Shown here: positions 1-11,300 of the stretch, piece after piece | Layout of the letters: every line of letters starts with the position of its first letter | How positions within the stretch are numbered: position 1 is the first letter of the stretch | Translations under genes and position numbers: made by a program | The notes under the pieces: model-generated | Databases searched by the model: none | What the model was told of the DNA's origin: nothing | Seen by the model: the letters and a program-made list of their open reading frames with translations, nothing else | Source of the DNA: Yuukianura sp. NJ FZ-2021 | Taxonomy: Eukaryota | NCBI GenBank assembly: GCA_046563655.1 | Contig: CM102287.1 | Location: forward strand, 7,750,001-7,814,000 | Direction: 5' to 3' | DNA: 64,000 bases

Positions 1-163
1 CCAGCAGCTTTTCAGCAGCCACTTCCGGTGTCTTATTTCTTTTCTTGAGTCCAAACTATCTGGAGTGCATGCTGATCCTATACGCCTAAAGACGTGACAT
101 AAATCAACAAAAAATGGCGTAGGATTACCGGTCGTACCGGACCGGAAGGAAGGACTCACCCAT
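1..163 (-). CDS. Possible 5' end of a gene leaving the window to the left (ATG-G|gtgagt micro first exon, then an exon reading GSACTPDSLDSRKEIRHRKWLLKSCW...)
   Basis: On the minus strand, ATG G followed by donor gtgagt at ~163-154. An acceptor 'tatag' at ~78-82 gives an open frame to the window edge. No recognisable homology. Confidence 0.3.
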
Positions 164-3100
164 GTTTGCTGAAATTATGACAATTTTCCTGGGCAGTTCA
201 GTTTCCAATAATAAACTGAGAAGTTGAGTTTTACACAAGTTAAAACTATAATTAAAAGTAATTGGAATCCAAATTGAAATCTGAACGTAGCAATTAGAAA
301 TGAACTGGAAACTCTGCCAACTGCTGCACCGTTGATCAAGTAGCAGCGTTTCAATCAGCGTAGCACTAATAAACTACTCTTTCTCCGAAATTTGATGCAA
401 TTTGAGTGTGGTTTACAACAAAAACTTATAATTGCACTGTTCACTATTCTGTTGGAAGCTCGCGTTTGTGCTGCCAATTACTTTGGTGAACTCAATGAAC
501 TTAGCATGAAATATGACGAGGACTGAATGAAATCTGAAATCTCTGGAACTCGTTCGCTTAAAAATAGGAAAGTAGCATAGCATAACAACAGAGTTTTCGA
601 ACTTTCATCCCATTATGAGTGAGTGCCATAAATCCAGCTATCTTTTAAGGTTTGTTGTCATTTTGCGTTGTACGATAAAGAATCGGGCGTACACTGTGAA
701 AACCGCACTGATAAGATTAATCATACTACAAGTGTCAAATCCCAGATGCAGCTAACGCTAAACCACAACATTACCAGTTGACAACAAGAATTAAGGAGGG
801 TACTGGGCAGCAGTTGAAGTTGACGAAAGACGAAACGACGGAATAGAATAGATAAATCCAAAAGTTGAAACTGAAAAATTAGTTGCGAAATATTGCAAAC
901 TAAAAGTGTTGTGGTGTAGCGGTTTAGCTTTTGACAAAAGTTTCATAACCAAAATTATTATGTAACTTAACTGTTTACTTACAAAAGGATGAGTTTAGTC
1001 CAGGCTCAGTTGAGCGCTGATCGATCAGAAAGAAAGTGCCAAAGTTAGGCTACAGCCCTTGAGTGTTGTCACTTTAAGTGCAGTTCAGACTTGAACTTTT
1101 GAACTTGATACCCGTTCACAATCACTACTTCGTAACTTTGATCGGTGCAGATTTAGCAACTCTTTATCCAAATCCGAGTGTCAGTTTTCATCGTCTTTCA
1201 CCCGGCAGCAACGTAATGAAGAGATTAGTTATAAAATGAGTTGCGACGAGTGAGCTGTTGCGGAATGGTTCGTCAAAGGTCAAATGAAACCTGAAAGTCA
1301 GAAATGAAACATCAATCTTCAATCAATTCAGCTTGTTAGTTAGATTTCACTCCAATTCCCTAGCTAGTACAAAACCTACCAAATCCAACCCCACCACTTC
1401 CTCCTCCAAGGTCATTCCAGGAATCGGACACACAGTGTGTCCGTTCATAATCCACTTCCCAACTAAGTTCTATGATTAGTAAGAGTAACCAATTACTCAC
1501 CTGTTATCTTATCAACCTAATGTCACGTCTTTCCACACAATTTGTAATGATCCACACGTCCGGATGTCCGTTCCTTCACTAACTAACGCTGTATGCTAAA
1601 TGCTAAGGGGTCAACGTATCTTTGACTTAAAAAGCTCTGCGACACAGCAACAGCCAGCGGCACGGGCACGGGCTTAAGGAACGGACCCTAGCAGAATACA
1701 ATAGACCGACAGGCTTTCTCGTCGATCAATGTTGACCTGAGGGATGTTAGAGCTGCCGTCCACAACAATTGGTGATAATCGTGATGCTGTTGCCTGTCCC
1801 ACCGTCACTTGGGAGTGAAATACTTGGGACTTGAGGGGAATTTTTGACAGTCACCCACAACAACAGCAGCAGATAACTTAAGAACGAGAACCCTACGCTC
1901 CTTTGCGAGGTGTTGATCTTCCTCTGCAAATTCAATTCAACTGAACTCTCCACTCCAAGTCCAAGTGTCGACGATACACGAGATGCGAAGAATTCATCTT
2001 CCCTATGCACTATGCATTGCAAAAGAGAGATCTACTGCCCCTTCGCCTTCTAGGCTTTGTTTTCTTTTGCGATGAATTTTCTAAATGCTTATTCGGTTGA
2101 GCTCAACATGCCAACACAGCAATGTAACCATAACCACTTTTTGTTGTGAGCGATTCCATACACCATGGGTTTTCGCATTAATGATTTTACAGTACCTGTA
2201 GTTTGTAGTAATCCAAGCAACACTGAGGTACACATTGTTGTAATATGTAACCATTAATACATGCCACATAAAACATGTGGCTGGCTGTATGGTTTTAACC
2301 AAACGAACGCCTAGCTTTACCGATCTAGTGTGGGCTAACAATCATCAACCAGCTGGTGACACAACTAAAAACGGAACTCCTACCGAAAACTCGCGAAGCT
2401 CGTTTAATTGAGATAAAAATCTCAATTAACTCAGTTTTTTACGCTGATTACGAATCTGTAATTAGTTTTGGGCGGTCACTACCCTAACTTAACCTAACCT
2501 AACTTTAACTAAATTGTGCCCCCATGTATGAGATAGGGAGAACTGGGATGCCCACATCTGGTACTCTGGGTGAAGGTGCAATTTCCTATCTCTCCCATAG
2601 AACCCTTCGCGAGTTTGCGGTAGATAAGCGCTAAAAACAAACCATGGGTTTGTCGTGGCTGAACCAACAACACGACACGACATTACTGTGTGTGGTGGTT
2701 TGGATTTTTCACTAAAAGGTTCTCGTAAAAACAATCAAAGCAGAATTATTATATTAGGTAGACAGAAACTCAAGCCTTGTACTATTTCAACAATTTTACG
2801 TTTTAAATTTCGGTGATGTGCTGCTTTGCTTTTCTTTTTAGTTTTACCACTGGTGTTAATGAGTTTTAAGCTAACCTTAACTGAAGTTAATTAACGACCT
2901 GAATACAAACCTGTTGAGTACAATAGTTGTACAGCAACCTTACTTCATGTTGAATTACTTTCTACTTCTTGTGCGAAGATAGGAAAAGACAACAAGCTCT
3001 CCATCTGACATCGACCCTGGGCCCAAGAAGAATAAGGCACGGTAACTTTGTAGGATTGTCGCAAGGTGGTCCTCCGCTATGTTTCAAATGCGACTAACCA

Positions 3101-4259
3101 GCAAACACTAGCAGTAGTGCTAAAATTGAATAACACAATCACGAAGACAATGGCCTAATGGCTATGCCACTGGCAACTATCATTGGTCAACCATTTGGTC
3201 ATGTGTACTTGTTAAACAAGCGTGTATAAATTTCTAATTTGGTTTGTAGGTAAAAGCTTCAAAATGATCTCAAGACGCGGTATTTTGAATTCGAACTTCC
3301 TGCCAGAAACGTGTCATGTTTGGAATAATTTTAAAAGTGCACTTCTTCCAATATGGATGAGGGATGCTAATTTAAATTTTGGCGGGAAATTGGGAACGTA
3401 GTAAGGCCAAGTCAAGGGTTGTTAACCTTAAAAATAAATTGACAAAACTGAATTTTATTTTCTGCATAGGTACTCTTTTCCTGCTTATTTCCTTCCGTGC
3501 AAAGTTTAGTTTGGAATTTCTAACTCGAAATGTAAAAATCAATGTGAAAATGAATTCGAATTCGAATTCAAGTAGTAAAATCAATGCCAAATTGCTTCAG
3601 GCGATACTAATTTTCAATTACCGAAGGAGTGTGATCAATAAAACCATTTATTGGACGGCAATCATTACAATTGTAAATACTGTCAGACCAAGGAGGCTTG
3701 TATTCATTTTGAGGTCAAAAGGTCACAGCCTCTTCTTCCCAATTGGAAGTACAAAGTTAATCAACAACAAATCTGTGAATATTATAAATAGTACAACAGA
3801 ACAAATTCCGGATTTCAAAATAATATAAAAATGAAAACAATAAAATATAAACAGTTTAACATAATCTTTAAAAAATTAACAAAAAATACTTTTTCAGAAT
3901 CCAGTTCCAAGTCCTCAATGTAGGTAACTACTGTGGTTTGTCAGTGTAACTTATAAAAACTTTTGCTTAAAAGTAAAGGTCAAGGGTCACACGTTAAAAA
4001 ATTAGTGTCTGAGCAATTTCGTTAGCAATCACAGTCAGAAGAGTTATTGCTTTTGTCATGTCCATGTCACAATGTCATGTCATCGTTCAAATCTAGTCAT
4101 CGTAGTATATCTCATTTCATGTTATGTTAAGTGTCAGGGTCGTCTTGTCAGAAGAGGTCATAGGTCAAGTCATGTCAATTTGTAAGTTGTAAGTTCACAA
4201 AAGTTCGTAGTTCAAAAACATGAAAAATTTGTCCAATTCTGTAGAATTTGTCCAATTTT

Positions 4260-5585
4260 TTAGAAAAACTTGTTCGAACATTTGAACTGGGAATTACACT
4301 TGAAGGCTCTATGTTTGGCTTCCACATCGGTAGAGTTAAAGTACGCTTCTAGGCCTCTTGTGACCCTAGCATACGGGATGACCTTTGACCCATACTCCGT
4401 CCACAGTCCACGCGCCTTTTCTTGAAATTTTTTCGGAACTGGTGGAATTTTGCACAAAATTCGCTCCAGACATTCCTCGGCTCCGAGTACTTTCTGTGTC
4501 AGAGATGTCATGGCATTGGCCAGTTCGTGGGCCCTTCCCTGTCCAGGAGTAGTTGGAGTTGGAATTGTGATGATCGGAATTGGCAAAAACAGAATCAGCA
4601 AAGGCAAGAGGACGAGCAGAATTAGGCCGAATATTAAAAGAGGTTTGATGGCCAATGCTCCCTTGGCTAGAGCAGCGAGTCCAGCTAAACCTAGGGCTCC
4701 TAAGCCACCAAGTCCGCCAAGGGCTCCCCCGGCAGCTCCAAGGTCGCCTGATCCCAATCCACCAAAAATGTCTGAGTCCAAAAACCCGCCTAAATTCGGA
4801 GCCCCTCCACCATAAGATGATGTTTGTACGCCAAACTGTTGTGGACCAGCAGGGTAGTGTTGGTAGTAGTAGGCATAGGATTCGTCTGGTTTCAATTGTG
4901 GCGGTTGTGGACCCACCACGGTGGGGCGTGGTGGCTCAGGGTATGCCGGGGTGGGACGATTTCCAACTGGGAGATAGGAATTTGCAGGAGTCGGGGGTGG
5001 ATACTGAAACAAAAAAAAAAGTTTTTGAAATTCAAAAAAAGTTATGCATCTAATAAATCTTGCCAAAATTGACTTCCAAAAATTATCAATTTAGAAAATC
5101 GAAAAAAACAGGCTAACTAAAAAAAACAATAGGAACGTAAGAACGTCAAAACTTCAGATAAACTACTTGTGGATATCAACATATATCGAATAGAAATTTT
5201 TTAGAGAAGTGACGCTGAAACGGTTTTATGAAATTTTCAATTATTTTCAAAATTTTGAAAAACTTACAGCATGTGAGTACCCAGCAGATGAATCTGCCGA
5301 TGCGAATGACGAAAGTCCGAAACTGCTTTTGCCTGTTTGCTGACTATTAGTATATGCTTCACTCGGAACAGAGTTGCTCGGTCGCTGATTCGTCAGCGTA
5401 TCGTAGATGGTCACCTGATGCTGTCCCGAGTCACTTCCAGCCTCTGGATACTGGTGTATCGTTGACGAAAACACTGGAGCCTGTCGCGCCGAAGCACTTC
5501 CGTCTTTCAGCGATTCTCCGAATACACCCGAGAAGCTGCCGAGTACTCCCAGCGTCGGAAGAACAAATCGGAGGAAGTTCGCCAT
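4260..5585 (-). CDS. Uncharacterised signal-peptide, Tyr/Gly-rich, single-TM protein with C-x-E-R-I-x-C (DM4/DM12-like) C-terminal region; paralog A
   Basis: Exons 5585-5268 (gtaagt donor) and 5003-4260 (ttcag acceptor), joined in phase 0. Hydrophobic N-terminus, YAYYYQHYP motif, Gly-rich linker, LLIFGLILLVLLPLLILFLPIP TM segment, GR motif, CLERILC. Confidence 0.85.
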
Positions 5586-5689
5586 GATCACTCCGAAACT
5601 TCAAAAATTCCGCCAAATTTTGCTCTTGTCTGTCCGAATGCTTTTCTTTGAAATACGACTGACGCTGGGCCGTGGACGGTCAAGTATGA

Positions 5690-5724
5690 GGACTGGGACA
5701 GGTGAGTGGCAGTAGTTTTATACT
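5690..5724 (-). promoter_or_regulatory. TATA box plus Inr-like element of paralog A
   Basis: Minus-strand TATAAAA at ~5722-5716, with CCAGTC about 28-30 nt downstream and about 110 nt before the ATG. Confidence 0.4.
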
Positions 5725-6230
5725 GTTCCGCCAGGAGGGAATGAAGGAATGAATGAGGGTTACGACTCCGTTTCTATTTTGAATTTTGTTAACGTATGTC
5801 ATAAAAGGTTAATTGAATTCTGTACACTGCGTTCCCTCATTGTTCACCCAGTCGTCACGTCCGGATTCGGCTCTCATCCGCCAATCAAAACACACCAACT
5901 CCAAACATCTCCACAAGAGATGTTGAGATAAAACGCCAATATTAACCCCACGGGGTTCCACGGGGGCCAAGCCTCTTGGAACATCTCTTGACCTTGACAT
6001 TTGAAAAAAACAAAAGACCTGAAGTACTGTGTAGCCTTATCTTCGGCAGGATCAAGGGAGCGGCAAATTTTGAATTTTGAAAATGAGGGTGACATGGAGC
6101 CTCGCGACCCAATTTTGACAACGAGCTTCCTATTTCCAACTTTTACGGCTTCCCCAGGGGGTCTATTTGGCATAACTTATTTTTTGGCATTCGGTGGGAA
6201 TCTTATGGTGAGAAAGTTTTGTTGAGCTTA

Positions 6231-6300
6231 TTGAAGTTGTTGAAGTGATGTTTGTTGAAAAATTGAAGTTGTTGAAGTGATGTTTGTTGAAGAATTGAAG
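6231..6300. repeat. Tandem repeat, ~32-bp unit x2
   Basis: ttgaagttgttgaagtgatgtttgttgaa(a/g)aa repeated directly. Confidence 0.8.
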
Positions 6301-7006
6301 TGTTTATGAATGAGGTGTGAAGTCTTTGAAGTGCGGTTAATTAGGAATCCAATGAATCAGGGGATGTTTTGGTCTAAACAAGTGCGAACAAGAGAAATTG
6401 AGTGTTTTCACGGTTCTGTAAACTTGAGCCTATTGGTTAAGGTTTAGTCGTTTATAGTCTTTCCGGTGTCATGACTTTGATGGACAGGATCCCGTTCCAC
6501 TGACACACATTTGAGTATGCTGGGTGTGGCTGTGCCAATCGATGAACAGTCGATGATGAATGGACTGTTGACATCCTCTCTACTAATACTAAACAACGAT
6601 CTTCAAACTTCCTTAAGGAAAGCTGCAGAAGTTAATTACTGTGTCAAAATCGATTCTTTGAATCTCATTAGGCCACGACATCTTGAAGTAGTAGTAGGGG
6701 CGGGAAGCCATTTTGAAAAGGCGGGAGAGGAGGTAAATTTAAAAAAGAAGAAACGATCCGTGTCATTGTCGAATTAGTCAATTCGAAGAGTCCGTGAAGT
6801 GTGAGTCTGAGGTCACGGTTGTCGTAAGATTTAAGTCCAAGCTTAGTTAAGCGTCCAGTGTCAATTGAATGTAGGTTAATTTATGTGTCAAGGTCAAAAG
6901 GTCAATGTCACGGTCAACGTCGGAATTTTGCGGCTGAGGTCAGTTGGAAAGTCGAGAAGGTAAGTCATGTCAAACTCGGAAATTTTGAAATGTGAAATGA
7001 TTTTTG

Positions 7007-8348
7007 TTAGGTTGGAACTTCATTTCCGACAGATTCGGTAACTGGAGAAGAAACGACGGTTGAGTTTGAATTTGCATTTGGTTTTGTTCCGAGTCGACTC
7101 GTGACCTCTTTGTAAAGGTCACAGACGTATTTCGAACATGCGGGAATGCTGGCAGTAGTGCTGTTGTTGCCACCGGATTGTGTATCGCCTCCGGCAGTAC
7201 CATTTCCAGTTTCAGTTCTAAATCCAGTGTCAATGTAAGCCCTCATCGCTCGTTTCCACTTTTTAGAACTCAGGGACTCCGTTTTTTCAAACAACCTGAA
7301 ATTTTGAAATTCATAAAAAATGCAAGACAACTTTGCAAAATTTGGTGAAGCAGATTTTCAAAAAACGAAAAATTGACGGGCGTGAAGTCATCAAATTAAA
7401 TTGTAATTGAGATATTGTATTTAAAGGGTAATTAACTAACATTGCATGACTTAATTATAATTAACTTGTAACATAAATTGCTTACTGTGTAATGACTTTG
7501 TCCAGGTACGTTCCATGTGCTCGAGCGCTCAGTTCGCAAGCAATTTTTTCAACACACATAGCGCTGGTGAGTACTTCCTGAGCCACTTTGGCCGTTTGGT
7601 AAGCCTTGTCAGCCACAAGTGACGCCACGCCCTCTGAAGTGACCATGGCACGTCGTCCGTTAGCTGGAATCGTAATAACTGGAACTGGAATGAACAAAAG
7701 CAGAAGTGGGAGGAGCAACAAAAGTGGGAGGAGCAACGGCAGCAGCAGCTTCTTCAGTAACTTCAGCAGCGCCAAAAGTCCTAAGCCACCAAGGCCCTTC
7801 AACCCCTTCAGGCCAAGTAAACCTGCTAATCCGCCAAGCCCAGCACCATCAAATCCTCCATCTTCTTCATCGTAACCTGAAACAGAAAGTCAAGGTCAAA
7901 TGTCACTTATTCGGTGTTTCAAGTTTAGATTTTTGTTAAATGTTGGAAACTTGCCGGTATCTCCGTATCCTCCATGTTGTTGGGCTGGATAATGGTAGTA
8001 GTAGTAGGTCATGGACTGTCCAGGACCTCCACCGTAGCCACCGTGGCTTCCGGACGCTGGAGCTCCGTAGGAGGATGACGCCGCGGCGGCTGTTCCTCCT
8101 GGAGATGCTCCTGGAACAGCATAAGTTTGTTGAACGTTGGCTGGACTGGCGTAGGAGTCACGATTCTGCGCATACATCATTGGTTGGGCTGCTGCAGCTC
8201 CTTGACGGGCCATACTGTTGGTGGATGTGGGAGTAAAGGAAGATCGACCTTCATCTTGAAGCGTCTTGTATGAAATGTCACTCGCTGCCAGCGATACGCT
8301 AAAGATGCAGCATACAACGGCCACAGTTTTGTAATGCATCCTTAGCAT
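7007..8348 (-). CDS. Uncharacterised signal-peptide, Tyr/Gly-rich, single-TM protein; paralog B
   Basis: Exons 8348-7955 (GC donor gcaagt), 7876-7486 and 7295-7007, all phase-compatible. YYYYHYP motif, Gly-rich linker, LLKLLKKLLLPLLLPLLLLLPLLLLFIPVP, GRR, CVEKIAC: the same architecture as paralog A. Confidence 0.85.
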
Positions 8349-11300
8349 CACGTTTTCTGAAAAACGAAGAAACAAAAACATTTCTTTTAAAATTTCAAAC
8401 CAACAAAGATGTTTCAGTATGAAAAACAAAACTCCGAAGCTATAAATTCAAAATGCTCGAGAAATTTCTGAATTGCGAAAAATGAGCTTGCAGAATTTTC
8501 ATTTACTGATGTTGGAGTGCTTTTCAACTATAAAATTATGACCAATCATTTCTACAAAATCTTCATAATTAGTGACAGTAATTAGCTAAAATGAAACATC
8601 AGACAAGATTTCGCGGGCTTTGGCCTCAAGAAATTGGTCAATGGCCAATAAAGGGAGGATTGGAAGATTGAAACCATCAAATGCCGCCAGTGGTTTGATT
8701 GTTGGGGAATTTATGAACTAACTCTGCCGAGTTCTAAAAATAAACACAGCATCTTGTGCCTGGCGTCTGCTTGATGTAGAGCTGTATTGAGGACAGAGGG
8801 ACAATGGACGTGGTAATGAACTTTGATGACTGTGGGGAAGACGCGGGAGAAATTAAATTTTTCTACTTTTAGCATCGTTAAAGGATTCCCAGCGTTAAAG
8901 TTAGTGTGGTTTAGAAATTGAAGGAAGACAAGACAAATTGGATCAGGAAGATCACGACTAAGTTTAGACGAAGATTGACTGAGTGACACAGAGACCTCGA
9001 TTTCTATTGGTGGAAAAGACATTCATCTTGTACAAGGAAGCACAATAGGATGATTCGCTATTAATAAAACTCTTTCAATTAAATTCACTTTGTTAAAAAG
9101 TTCTCACAGTGAGGCTGTTGGAGGCTCATGGGAAGAATGAATCCGTTTTTTGGAACAAGTTTGGCATAGGAAGCATCATTACAAGTCAAAATTTTCAAAA
9201 AAGGAGAAGAAAGAAACTCAAAATAGAAAAAAAGTCAAAAGAAACAGGTCGCTACGCTCTCGCTTTACTAACTTTCTCATCCTTTCACGGACTTTGAGTA
9301 CTGCGGCTACTCAAACTTCTAAAAATTTATATCAACAAGTTTACTGTCATTATAATTTTGTAAGTTCAATTTTTTTTTCAATTTTTAGCGTAAAAGTTTT
9401 GCTCGTTCGTCAAAAGAATTGGGGCCAAAAAGTTAAAAGCATTTTTTCGTTTTTGGCGTCGTTTTTAGTTGCCGGTCGTTTTATTTCGGTTTGTGAAAAC
9501 TGTCAAAACTCAAAATTTTGAAACAGTTGTTGCGAAACAATTGTTTCGAAAGTTAACAAAAAGCATTTCCAAATATTTTGAGTCTTTGATGCTTTTTTGA
9601 ATGTTTTTTGTTTTCTTTTGAACTTTCACGACTGTCTTTTTTTTAATTTGGCCAAAAAATCGTAAGTGTTTTTGTTGAATTGTGATTTTCCGAGTGAAGA
9701 TTGTCTTGAAAATACAGCGAAAAAATAGTTAAGATGAGCCTAGACTGTACATTGTTTGTTGTTTCCGCTTCAATTGACACTTGTAAAGACAATTGTTTAC
9801 AGCCTAATTTTAGTTTGTACTAAAAGAAATGAGAAACTGCAAAGTCATCTTGCTCTAGGAAAACAATTCAGAATTTTGTTGACTTTGAATTATCATGAGC
9901 TAGTAAAGCCTAGAATTGGAGCAGAGAATGACTATTGAAATTCTGAATTGTAAATTGATAGAGCGGAAGGTGTTAATAAGTTGTGATCTTGCCGATGAGG
10001 ATGATGCTGTGGCGTGCTCAAACTTAAGTGTTGACACACCTTTAGGCGGAAGATGAGACATCAAGTGCCGACAAGTGAAGGGTAAAGGTGTGATACTTTG
10101 ACACTCAAAGCACTCAAACCGACACTTTAATAACTTCTGTACAGTGAAAGATTCAATTGACAACCAACTGTCAATTACTTCAAACAATTTCATCTGTAAT
10201 TGACAACGTTCACCAACATTTCAGTCGCGATGGCTAGCTTTTGAAATTGGAAGCAGTTTCAGAAATCCTTAAGAAATTCAAAATTGAGCTTTTTTTTTCT
10301 TTTTGTCTTTTTTCGAATTGGCAAATTGGAAAAGCCGGAAGCACTCGTCATTAACTTGTTTTTTAAAGATTCGTTCGCATAAACCAATTGCTTACTGCTG
10401 TTCGCAATTTTGATTGTCAGAAAGAAATACAAGCTCCTAGTCCTACTCCTAACCCCTATGGAAAAGCAGATTCTAAAAAAAATTTTTTTTAAAAAACTCA
10501 AGCTTATTTTTAAAACTTTTTTAAAATTCAGATTTGAAACCCACTTTCGCTACTCACAGCTACCATAAAATAGCGATTTTTTGGAAGACGAATAAAAATT
10601 TTAAGTTCAATGGCAATTAGAAAACGCAAAATTTAGCTTCTCTTGTTTTAAATGCCTATGCTGCTCCTATGATCTAACGTAAGTTCTAGTTTAAAAAAAA
10701 ATGAAGTATTGTGAATCCTATTTTCAAAAGTATGCCGATTTTGAACTGGAACTAGAATTGAATTTTACTTGAAAACGATGAAGTAAAAAAATGGTTGTGG
10801 AGACTTGAAACAAAAATCAAGACGCTTACGGATCCAGAAGTGGTTTGAAGTATTCTCAACCTGCGTTCACTTTGTTTTCGGTGCAAGCACTGGTGTAAGA
10901 TGGAGATCTAAGATCACTGTCACTGATGCTGCTACTATGTTGCTATTGGATGGTTGTGCCTCAGAGCAGCAATGGGAAAGTCTTTTCTCCTGCTCTTCTG
11001 CCGACACGGGGGTGTTATGGCGGGCAGTTGGGTTGAAACTGTGTGGGTTCGGGTGGGTCCTTGTTGGTTTTATAGGTGGGACAGTGGGTCGAATCCGGAA
11101 CTGGCGGAGGGTGGGAATCCATGTCTCATTAAGGGCCTGCTTCCTTTGACTTTGACAGGGCGCATAGTCATTTAACACCTTCTACCTAACACCTCCTCTC
11201 GTCAATTTATAACACAGAGCCACTGAATTCACAAACTACATCAAAATAAGCAACGTCATTGCAATTGCGGCTTTATTGCCACTACATTGTTTCGAACATG

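Noticed and set aside
2483..2510. (CCTAA)n / TTAGG telomere-like runs (also ~49880, ~51690, ~57915, ~60850)
   Set aside because: Only 2-4 units each, common in arthropod intergenic and TE sequence; not true telomeric arrays.
1747..3828. Short ORFs (1747-2022, 2081-2341, 2489-2734, 3379-3828)
   Set aside because: Low-complexity, AT-driven translations with no recognisable domain, and I could not build a consistent spliced model.
4422..5072. Plus-strand ORFs overlapping paralog A (and similar shadow ORFs over katanin, osa and the transposase)
   Set aside because: Antisense or alternative-frame shadows of real GC-rich coding exons.
10805..11220. GC-richer stretch with a minus-strand TATA and a gtaagc donor at ~10829
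   Set aside because: It may be a 5'UTR exon of paralog B, but there is no convincing coding frame and no evidence without transcripts.
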